Assembly (NCBI GenBank): GCA_027023445.1
Contig: JALVVK010000012.1
Span: forward strand, 1,139-65,138
Reading direction: 5' to 3'
Origin: Deltaproteobacteria bacterium
Lineage (GTDB): Bacteria > Desulfobacterota > Dissulfuribacteria > Dissulfuribacterales > JALVPX01
Length of the DNA stretch: 64,000 nt
Made by a program: the position numbers and the translations under genes. Each line of letters starts with the position of its first letter. Position 1 is the stretch's first letter. Below are positions 17,902 through 25,384 of this stretch, piece by piece. Under the pieces are notes generated by a model that saw only the letters and a list, made by a program, of their open reading frames with translations, ran no database searches and was not told the DNA's origin.

Positions 17902-17967
17902 CGCAAAGCTCGCAAAGACAATCTGTTGTTATTAAAGCAAAAAACCTTGCGTCTTGGCGACTTTGCG
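17902..17967. repeat. Imperfect long hairpin in the CheB-like 3 / CheB-like 2 intergenic gap
   Basis: The left arm is cgcaaagctcgcaaagac (17902-17919). The right arm is gtcttggcgactttgcg (17951-17967), whose reverse complement is cgcaaagtcgccaagac. The loop is about 31 nt and A-rich. Confidence 0.5.
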
Positions 17968-17994
17968 TGATGTTTTGGATTTTTTACGAAACCA

Positions 17995-19071
17995 TCACCC
18001 TTTTTTGTTTGTCATCTGGTCCTCGATTCCTGCAGTCTCGGCATGTTTTTTCCCGAATGTCTCTATTTGAGTCCACAGGAGATGCTCTGATACCGGCTTG
18101 GCCACGCCGGCATCAAGGGCCAGACGGGCCGTCTGATCACAAACGCAATAACGGGGTTCAAGCACCAGGCTGAGTCCGTCCTTGTCCCTTATCGCCTTCA
18201 TTCCCCTGATGCCGTTTTCAGTCGTGCCGCCCAGGACTACCGCAGCCGCCCTGGATCCGTACACCATGGCAATTTCTTCGAGCATCTGGTCAAGATCCTG
18301 GTCTGGCCCCACTCTTACCCGGACTTTTTTGGACTGTTCACTTATCTGCAGGCTCCAGGGTTCCTTGATCCATGTGAGAAGACAGTTTCCTCTGTTCAAT
18401 GTAACAGGACTTGAGCATGAAACCTGCCATGGCAGTACCAGGTCCATTTCAGAAGTGTACGAGCGGAGGGCGTCTCCTGATAATCCCTGGCAGCAGAGGA
18501 AGGAGAGGGGCAGAGACGGGTTTATGTTGGCCAGCATGCGGATCAGGCAGGCGGATGCACCTATGTCAGCCACAACCGCCACGACCGCTCCTGGTTCAAT
18601 GTTTTCCTGATCGACCTTTAATGGTTCAACAGGGCGCTTGGCGCGTTTAATGGCCCGGCAATTAACCTTGGCCGCCTGTTTTACCAGCTGGGTTAATTCC
18701 CTTGCCTGGTTGCGGATATCATATGAAACCGTGCCGGAGGGCTTGGGGAAGAAATCTACCGCTCCCAGCCTGAGTGCCTCCAGGGTAATTTCACCCTGGT
18801 TGGCAAGAGCGCTTATCATTACAACCGGTCTCGGATCGCGTATCATAATGTGTTTGATGGTGGTGAGGCCATCCATAACGGGCATGTCCACATCCAGCGT
18901 GATGACATCAGGATTAAGCTCATCTATTATCCGGAGCGCTTCTTCCCCGTGTTTCGCAACCCCGATCACCTCTATTTCCCTGTCCCGGGACAGCATTTCC
19001 ACCAGGGCCTTGCGCATAAAGGCGGCATCATCCACGACCAGGGCCTTTATTTTTGATGTTCGGTCACCCAA
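17995..19071 (-). CDS. Receiver + CheB-like domain protein (CheB-like 3)
   Basis: REC motifs 'ALVVDDAAFMRK' and 'ITLDVDMPVMDG'. The CheB-like domain has 'IGASACL', 'CCQGLSGD' (no His) and 'LGGTTENG' (no Asp at the aligned position). Confidence 0.8.
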   Translation of the reverse strand: MGDRTSKIKALVVDDAAFMRKALVEMLSRDREIEVIGVAKHGEEALRIIDELNPDVITLDVDMPVMDGLTTIKHIMIRDPRPVVMISALANQGEITLEALRLGAVDFFPKPSGTVSYDIRNQARELTQLVKQAAKVNCRAIKRAKRPVEPLKVDQENIEPGAVVAVVADIGASACLIRMLANINPSLPLSFLCCQGLSGDALRSYTSEMDLVLPWQVSCSSPVTLNRGNCLLTWIKEPWSLQISEQSKKVRVRVGPDQDLDQMLEEIAMVYGSRAAAVVLGGTTENGIRGMKAIRDKDGLSLVLEPRYCVCDQTARLALDAGVAKPVSEHLLWTQIETFGKKHAETAGIEDQMTNKKG

Positions 19072-19089
19072 TAATATTTCCTCCTGGTC

Positions 19090-19944
19090 CTATGAAGCCA
19101 CAACGGCCCCCCAGCTCTGCTCTATTTCATCCCTTCTGGCCTTTAACTTGGCTGCCACTCGCTTGATCTGCGCCGGTTCAAGCCCAAGCCTTTTGGGAAC
19201 AAGCAGCTTTCCGTTGACCCCAAGTGATCCTCCATGCCCGATTTGAAGCTTATGGCACAATCCGTCTGCCAGAAACACAGCGGCCGCGGCCCTGGCATAT
19301 GGGCCCGCTCCTTGGGGGTGATGATGGTAGCGGACGACATTTATGAGCAGGTCGCTCAGCCCCCATCGGGCAACCAGATATCCGCCCACCTCTCCATGTG
19401 TCAGTCCGTATTGCATTTCCGCTTCCCAGAGAGGAATTTCCTTTTCCTTCTGAATGTTGAGAATCTCCCGGAATTCTTCGGTGAAGTAGAGACACATGAG
19501 AAAAATACCCAGGTCATGGAGCATACCGGCGGTGAAAAGTTCATCCTGATCCAGTTCTGGCAGGAGTTCGGCGAGCATTTTAGAGGTGGTGGCCACACCA
19601 ACTGAATGGATCCAGAGATCGGAGGTTTTAAATTCCTCAAAGCCAAGATCCCCTGAAAATGTTCCTGTCAGAGAAAGGCTGACCACGAGGTTGCGTACCT
19701 CCTCAAAGCCGAGAATCACTATTGCCCTTGCGAGACTGCTGACTTCTCCTTTAAGGCCGTAAAACGGGGAATTGGCCACCTTTAGAATCTTGGCGGTGAC
19801 CACAGGATCTTCCCGGATGATCCTGTCAAGGTCCTGTGCTGACGTGCTGACACTGTTAAGGCCGTCAAGTACCCGTTGCAGGGTGTGCGGTATGGTGGGC
19901 AGATCCTCTATTTTTTCAAGACGTTTTACAACGGAGATGGCCAT
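19090..19944 (-). CDS. HDOD domain protein (first gene of the che operon)
   Basis: 'LPTIPHTLQRVLDGLNSVSTSAQDLDRIIREDPVVTAKILKVANSPFYGL' and 'MLHDLGIFL..HGEVGGYLVARWGL' fit the HDOD pattern. Confidence 0.85.
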   Translation of the reverse strand: MAISVVKRLEKIEDLPTIPHTLQRVLDGLNSVSTSAQDLDRIIREDPVVTAKILKVANSPFYGLKGEVSSLARAIVILGFEEVRNLVVSLSLTGTFSGDLGFEEFKTSDLWIHSVGVATTSKMLAELLPELDQDELFTAGMLHDLGIFLMCLYFTEEFREILNIQKEKEIPLWEAEMQYGLTHGEVGGYLVARWGLSDLLINVVRYHHHPQGAGPYARAAAAVFLADGLCHKLQIGHGGSLGVNGKLLVPKRLGLEPAQIKRVAAKLKARRDEIEQSWGAVVAS

Positions 19945-20049
19945 TGGGTTATTCCTTGATTGATATGCGCAAAAACCAGGGATTCAATCTCTTTTTCTAT
20001 ATCGACGGTTCAGGGAAGTGACTTAAGCGGTAAAGGATATTCTGCTCCT

Positions 20050-20076
20050 TAAACTTCCAGTCCGCGGGGTCGATAA
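20050..20076 (+). promoter_or_regulatory. Candidate sigma-28 (FliA) promoter upstream of mglB
   Basis: TAAACTTC-N11-GTCGATAA compared with the consensus TAAAGTTT-N11-GCCGATAA gives 6/8 and 7/8 matches. It ends 73 nt upstream of the mglB ATG at 20150. Confidence 0.5.
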
Positions 20077-20149
20077 GGGATTAGAGAACAATAAAAAATC
20101 GTGGGAATGAAACACGTAAAGAGAAACATTAATTGAGAGGGCACCGCCC

Positions 20150-20551
20150 ATGTCAGACTTAGTATTGACTGCCCCGGTACTTGAGGAGGCCAGAAGCCAG
20201 ATTGAAAATGCGCTGATCAAGGCCGGGGTCCATACAGTACTTCTCATAGACGAAGCGGGCAACATTGTAGCGAGTTGCGGAGCGGAATCGGAACGGCTGG
20301 ACACAACGTCCCTTGCCGCTCTGGCCGCGGCAAATTTTGGTGCCACTTCCCAGATGGCAAAACTCATTGGAGAGGATGATTTTTCCCTGCTGTTTCATAA
20401 GGGCAAGAAGGACAGCATCCATTTCGCCAGGGTCGGGGGCAATCTGATACTTATTACCATATTCGGAGACGATGTCTCCCTTGGGCTGGTAAGGTTAAGG
20501 GTGGCTCAGTTGGCCGAGACCATCAGAGGAGTTTTTGGATTCGAAAGTTGA
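20150..20551 (+). CDS. mglB: Roadblock/LC7 domain protein, MglB-like GTPase-activating partner
   Basis: 133 aa. 'LEEARSQIENALIKAGVHTVLLIDEAGNIVASCG' fits the Roadblock/LC7 pattern. It lies 3 nt upstream of an MglA-type GTPase, the same order as Myxococcus mglBA. Confidence 0.8.
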   Translation: MSDLVLTAPVLEEARSQIENALIKAGVHTVLLIDEAGNIVASCGAESERLDTTSLAALAAANFGATSQMAKLIGEDDFSLLFHKGKKDSIHFARVGGNLILITIFGDDVSLGLVRLRVAQLAETIRGVFGFES

Positions 20552-20554
20552 GCT

Positions 20555-21175
20555 ATGGCACTTATTGATCTCAGTAAAAAAGAGGTGCACTGTAAGATTG
20601 TTTACTATGGTCCTGGCCGCTGCGGGAAAACCACCAATCTGCTCTATATCTATAATGCCATGAACAGCGCGGCCAGGGGAAAGATGCTTACCATAGAGAC
20701 CAAGGGAGACAGAACGCTTTTTTTTGATCTGCTTCCTCTTAATCTGGGCAAGGTGAATGGTTTTGACATTCGCATACAATTATACACCGTGCCCGGTCAA
20801 ACCATATACGAGGCCACACGCAAGCTGGTGCTTAAAGGCGTTGACGGGCTGGTGTTTGTGGCAGACTCCCTTAAGGTAAGGCAGAACAAAAACATCGAAA
20901 GCATGGATGATCTCAGAAGAAACCTCAGGGAACACAACCTGGGGATGAACGAGATACCCATAATACTTCAATATAACAAGCGTGATCTTGCCACTACCCC
21001 CATTCCCACCCTGACGGTGGAAGAGCTGGAACACGATCTTAATCAGGAATTGAAAACCAGGGGTTTTGAGGCTGCAGCAACAAAGGGAATCGGGGTGTTT
21101 GAAACCCTGAAGGAAATCAGCAAACGCACGGTCAGGTATGTGGTAAGCAAGCATCTGATGCCTGGAAGTCGTTAG
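20555..21175 (+). CDS. mglA: MglA-type Ras-superfamily small GTPase
   Basis: The sequence 'EVHCKIVYYGPGRCGKTTNLLYIYN', 'GDRTLFFDLLPL', 'LYTVPGQTIYEATRKLVLKGVDGLVFVADS' and 'QYNKRDL' is close to M. xanthus MglA as recalled. This includes the MglA-specific TVPGQ in place of DxxGQ. Confidence 0.9.
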   Translation: MALIDLSKKEVHCKIVYYGPGRCGKTTNLLYIYNAMNSAARGKMLTIETKGDRTLFFDLLPLNLGKVNGFDIRIQLYTVPGQTIYEATRKLVLKGVDGLVFVADSLKVRQNKNIESMDDLRRNLREHNLGMNEIPIILQYNKRDLATTPIPTLTVEELEHDLNQELKTRGFEAAATKGIGVFETLKEISKRTVRYVVSKHLMPGSR

Positions 21176-21203
21176 GCAGCGTCCTTCATAAAGGAGAACG
21201 GTT

Positions 21204-22967
21204 ATGGGCCAGTCGGACAAGCTCCCTGATACAGAAAATTTCACCAGAGAGGTGGAAGACGTAATAGATGATCTTTTCGCCCCTTCAAAGACCATTGAAA
21301 TTGATCCCCTTACTAATGAAATAAAGGAAGTGGACAGGGCTCCCGAGCGATCTCCGGACGAATTGTCTCTGGAGCCGGACACTGCCGTGGAAAAAGGGGA
21401 GGATGTTCATCCGTCTGAAAATGAGGCGCCGGCAGTGGAGGAAGAAACAGCATCTTCTACCTCCGGGCCGGTTGAGTTTGACCTGGATCTGGAACTTGAG
21501 CTTGAACCCGAGCCCGAATCAGGGCCGGAGTCCTCTGTTCAGCAGGCATCGGGCAGTGAGGCGGCGGAAAAGGATTCAGACGGCCTTTTGAACCAGATAC
21601 AGCAGGCAATATGGACTCTTGAATGGGAGGTCACGGAAGAAAGTGTACGAAATCTGAAGGACATGCTCAAAGGCCTTGATGGCAGCGCCACATCCTCTGA
21701 TCCCGGGTTTGGCCAGGTGGTCAGTGAAATGATCCAGGTGCTGAGCGATATGGAGCGGGACGCGGAAAATGTCCCCACCTCGGCTCCCGTGGCCCTTAAG
21801 AAGGGGGTTGAATATCTTATGGCCTCGGCTGCCGGTGAGTCGGGTCCGGACAAGTTGCGCGAGCTTTTTGATCACGCGGTTTCCGAGCTGAGCGCCGCTT
21901 TTGCGAGCCAAGAAGAAATATGTGAAAGCCCTGCCTCTGGCCCTGACACAGGCGAACAAATGGAAACCCTGGATCTGGAAATCGAGATGGAACCGGAGTC
22001 CGAATCAGAGCCGGAAACGAAACCGGAACATGAATCCACCGGGCCTCAAGTGAGCGGAAAGGCTCAGGCGGAAACGATGGCACCGGTTCCTGCCGGCTCG
22101 GGGAGATTATCACAGGCGCAACAAAGGTCTTCAGCTGGTCTGTCTGTTGAGACGCCAGACGAGCCTGAGCAAATACCTGTCAGGGAAGAAAAGGAATCAT
22201 CAAAGATACTTAATGAACATCTAAATACGTTGCGTGACTGCGTACGCCGTATTCGTCCTGTGGAAGACCTGCTGGCCAGAACCAGGGGGATGGCAAAACT
22301 TCAGGTTTTTCTTGGAGATCTCAGGACTCGTCTTGAAAGACAGATTGAGCTACTTGAGCATGGGCCGGCCAGAGGAGTCCCTGTGGCGCAGGTTCCATCA
22401 GGGGGGAATGAAACCGTAGAGGTCGTTCCGGGTGAGGCTCAGGAGGTAAAACGGGCGGAAACGAACCGGCCCGGTTCTGAATCCAGGGGGCAGGAGGAGG
22501 GAAAATGTCCCTGGAGGGAGCTGTTCCTTGCCAGGAGAGGGCGCATTACAGTTGGGCTCATCATGGAGGAGGTTGCCTTTCATGGAACCGTTCCCTTTTG
22601 GGCCGGCTCCGGCCTTCTGAATCAGGAAAAAGTCATTCTCAAACAGCTGAAACCATGGCCCTGGTCAAAATTGAGCTCCATGGTTCAGGGAAGCCTTCTG
22701 GCTGTAAAGGAGGAAGACCTGGCACAAATGGAGGTGCCGGTACTGAATTTAAACGATCCTGCCTCAAAAGCGGAGAGAGGCCGTAACGTGGTAATCCTGA
22801 GTCAGGGGGAAAAAACCGCGGCTATCTTCCTGGATTCCGAACCGGATTATTTCAGCCTGAAGGCAGAGCACACCTATAAAGCCGCGGATGCGGAAGGTTT
22901 TCTGGAAGGGGTGTTAAAAGTGGATGGCAATACTATCCACATCATATCCGTGGCCGGGATGAAATGA
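21204..22967 (+). CDS. Highly acidic 587-aa protein of unknown function with a divergent C-terminal CheW-like domain
   Basis: AAAGGAG RBS. There are two E/P/L-rich acidic tracts, 'FDLDLELELEPEPESGPES' and 'LDLEIEMEPESESEPETKPEHES'. The C-terminus 'ELFLARRGRITVGLIMEEVAFHGTVP..VPVLNLND..NVVILSQGEKTAAIFLDSEP..FLEGVLKVDGNTIHIISV' follows the CheW strand pattern. That domain call is by-eye only. Confidence 0.6.
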   Translation: MGQSDKLPDTENFTREVEDVIDDLFAPSKTIEIDPLTNEIKEVDRAPERSPDELSLEPDTAVEKGEDVHPSENEAPAVEEETASSTSGPVEFDLDLELELEPEPESGPESSVQQASGSEAAEKDSDGLLNQIQQAIWTLEWEVTEESVRNLKDMLKGLDGSATSSDPGFGQVVSEMIQVLSDMERDAENVPTSAPVALKKGVEYLMASAAGESGPDKLRELFDHAVSELSAAFASQEEICESPASGPDTGEQMETLDLEIEMEPESESEPETKPEHESTGPQVSGKAQAETMAPVPAGSGRLSQAQQRSSAGLSVETPDEPEQIPVREEKESSKILNEHLNTLRDCVRRIRPVEDLLARTRGMAKLQVFLGDLRTRLERQIELLEHGPARGVPVAQVPSGGNETVEVVPGEAQEVKRAETNRPGSESRGQEEGKCPWRELFLARRGRITVGLIMEEVAFHGTVPFWAGSGLLNQEKVILKQLKPWPWSKLSSMVQGSLLAVKEEDLAQMEVPVLNLNDPASKAERGRNVVILSQGEKTAAIFLDSEPDYFSLKAEHTYKAADAEGFLEGVLKVDGNTIHIISVAGMK

Positions 22968-22996
22968 ACAAAGCCTAAGGTTTAAGGAGTTTGCAA

Positions 22997-25318
22997 GTGC
23001 AAGAAGCCGATATACAAAACAGGCTTTTAGAGGCCGATCTTTATCTCAACCAGGGGCTGGCTGAGGAGGCCAGGGCCGTGTACAAAAAGATTTTGGCCGA
23101 GCTTGGGGATAAGGATGAGAAACTCAGTGAAGAATTGAGAGACCGAATCGGGAAATTGAAAGAGCAGGGTAATGCTGAATCCCCTGGCAAAGATTCAACC
23201 GAGGAATCAGATTCCCATATTGAGGAACAAAAGAGATTTGAAAGCTGCCTTGGCCTGATAGAAGCCGGGTTTCATAATGAGGCCATAGATGAATTAAAGG
23301 CCCTGCTGGACACGGGGTTTAATCCCGGTCTCGTAAACACCAAGATAGCGGAGTGTTATCTACGGCTGGACATGCCCTTTGACGCGCTTGATCATTTTGA
23401 GGATGCCCTTAACGCCCCGGATCTTTCTGTTCATGACCGGTTGGAATTATTATATCAGGTTGCCCTCTGTCATGAGAAAACCGGTGCGGTTGCCCTGGCA
23501 ATCGAGGCGCTGAACGAGATCAAACGCCTGGACCCCTCATACAGGAATGTGTCTCAGCGCCTGGAGCAGCTAACGCAGACCGCTCAAAAGTATGGACGGT
23601 TTTACTATCTTATCAGAAATGGGTTTTTGTCGGATGAACAGCTTGAAAGAGCCAAGGAAATGGCCAAGCAGAGCAAAAAATCCATTGAGAGTACCCTGCT
23701 GAACCAGTTTGGTATAGACAAGGCCGATCTTGGTAGATCGCTCAGCGAATATTATAAGTGTCCCTTTGTTGAATTTAACGAGATGGAGCTTTCTTCCACT
23801 CCCTCTTGTATCCACGGGATAAAGGAACATTTTTTCCGCAGTAACTGCTGCGCTCCAATCAGGGAGAAGGCCGGCGCCCTTCTCGTTGCGGTGGATAACC
23901 CTCAGGACCTGGTAAAGATAGATAATATAAGGCGGGTCCTCAAGGCAAAAAGCTTTGAATTCGCCGTGGCACTCAAGGAAGACATAGACAAGTTTACGGA
24001 TTATTTCTATGGAAAGTATTCCATCGGGGGTGAGGAAGACGATGTCTTTGAACATCTCGAGCTGGTGGAAGAAGAGGAAGATACGTTCGAAGAAGAGGAA
24101 GAGGTCGTATCTGACGCGGATAGCGTAGTTGTGCAGATGGCCAACAAAATTATCGAGGACGCCTATGTCCGTCAGGCATCGGACATACACATGGAGTCCA
24201 TGAGTGGCAAAAGGGGAGTCCTCATCAGGTTCCGCATTGACGGCGACTGCGTGCGATATCAGACAATTCCATATAATTACAAAAAGGCCCTTATTTCAAG
24301 AATCAAGATTATGTCCAACCTTGATATAGCCGAGAAACGGTTGCCCCAGGATGGAAAAATCAAATTCAGAATACGCTCTGGAAAGGTGATCGAGCTTCGT
24401 GTGGCAACCCTGCCCACAACCGAGGGAAACGAAGACGTGGTTCTGAGGATCCTGGCGTCTTCCGAGGCCATGCCACTTGACAGAATAGGGCTTCTGGATG
24501 AGAGCCTTGCCACCTTAAAAGGTCTTCTTGAAATGCCTTATGGCCTTATGCTCGTGGTGGGGCCTACTGGATCTGGTAAAACCACCACGCTTCACGCGGC
24601 CCTTGGATATATCAACAGGCCCAACAAAAAGATCTGGACGGCCGAGGATCCTGTTGAAATCATGCAGGACGGCCTGAGGCAGGTTCAGGTCCGTCCAAAC
24701 ATAGATCTGACCTTTGCCCGTGTGTTGAGGGCGTTTCTGAGGGCGGACCCCGACGTGATAATGGTTGGTGAGACCCGCGACGAGGAAACGGCAAACACAG
24801 TGATAGAGGCCTCTCTTACGGGCCACCTGGTATTTTCAACCCTTCATACCAATTCTGCTCCGGAAACAGTGACAAGACTTCTTGGCATGGGCATGGATCC
24901 CTTTAATTTCGCGGACGCCCTGTTGGGTGTTCTTGCCCAGAGGCTTGTAAAGCGTCTTTGTTTCAAGTGCAAGGAGGCCTATGAGCCGGATGAAGAGGAA
25001 AAGGCGCTTCTGATAGAACAGTTCGGGCATCATCCCTCAAATCCCCTGACAATGGAACAGCTGAATGGGATAACCCTTTACCGGCCCAAGGGATGTTCTG
25101 TATGCAACCAGACCGGATATAAGGGAAGGCTTGCCATCCATGAACTCCTGGTTGCTGATGACGGACTGAGAAAGCTCATCCAGAAAAGGAGACCTGTGGG
25201 AGAGATAAGGGATCATGCCCTGGCGAATGGAATGTTGACCCTTAAACAGGATGGTATCATCAAGGTCCTTAAAGGAGATACTGACCTCAAGCAGGTCAGG
25301 GCGGCCTGCATAAAGTAA
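22997..25318 (+). CDS. PilB/GspE-family secretion/pilus-extension ATPase with N-terminal TPR array
   Basis: Walker A 'GPTGSGKTTTLHAAL', Asp box and Walker B 'IMVGETRDEETA', His box 'GHLVFSTLHTN'. Tetracysteine motif 'CFKCKE..CSVCNQTGYKGR'. A T2SSE_N-like segment is 'LSDEQLERAKEMAKQSKKSIESTLLNQFGI'. The N-terminal ~200 aa are TPR-like ('EADLYLNQGLAEEARAVYKKIL', 'AECYLRLDMPFDALDHFEDAL'). GTG 22997 lies 7 nt after AAGGAG and is preferred over TTG 22991. Confidence 0.9.
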   Translation: MQEADIQNRLLEADLYLNQGLAEEARAVYKKILAELGDKDEKLSEELRDRIGKLKEQGNAESPGKDSTEESDSHIEEQKRFESCLGLIEAGFHNEAIDELKALLDTGFNPGLVNTKIAECYLRLDMPFDALDHFEDALNAPDLSVHDRLELLYQVALCHEKTGAVALAIEALNEIKRLDPSYRNVSQRLEQLTQTAQKYGRFYYLIRNGFLSDEQLERAKEMAKQSKKSIESTLLNQFGIDKADLGRSLSEYYKCPFVEFNEMELSSTPSCIHGIKEHFFRSNCCAPIREKAGALLVAVDNPQDLVKIDNIRRVLKAKSFEFAVALKEDIDKFTDYFYGKYSIGGEEDDVFEHLELVEEEEDTFEEEEEVVSDADSVVVQMANKIIEDAYVRQASDIHMESMSGKRGVLIRFRIDGDCVRYQTIPYNYKKALISRIKIMSNLDIAEKRLPQDGKIKFRIRSGKVIELRVATLPTTEGNEDVVLRILASSEAMPLDRIGLLDESLATLKGLLEMPYGLMLVVGPTGSGKTTTLHAALGYINRPNKKIWTAEDPVEIMQDGLRQVQVRPNIDLTFARVLRAFLRADPDVIMVGETRDEETANTVIEASLTGHLVFSTLHTNSAPETVTRLLGMGMDPFNFADALLGVLAQRLVKRLCFKCKEAYEPDEEEKALLIEQFGHHPSNPLTMEQLNGITLYRPKGCSVCNQTGYKGRLAIHELLVADDGLRKLIQKRRPVGEIRDHALANGMLTLKQDGIIKVLKGDTDLKQVRAACIK

Positions 25319-25384
25319 GGTGCGAAGCACCTACTTAGAATAAAGGTTTGGTTAACCGTTGAGGCGGGCTTGCACGGTAATTCT

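Noticed and set aside
19999-20025. Sigma-28-like motif on the minus strand facing the HDOD-che operon (TAAGTCAC-N11-GTCGATAT)
   Set aside because: The -35 half is poor, at about 3/8. It is mentioned only as a weak candidate in the mglB promoter finding.
23590-23700. MshEN-type c-di-GMP binding motif in the T2SSE_N-like segment of the PilB-like ATPase
   Set aside because: The 24-residue RLGxxLLxxGLLxxxxLxxxLxxQ pattern could not be aligned convincingly by eye to 'RFYYLIRNGFLSDEQLERAKEMAKQ'. It is left as a check, not a claim.
25318-25384. Bidirectional terminator between the convergent PilB-like and MCP genes (aggtgc-gaa-gcacct)
   Set aside because: The stem is only 6 bp, the loop is 3 nt, and there is no U-tract on either side. 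That is not enough to call.
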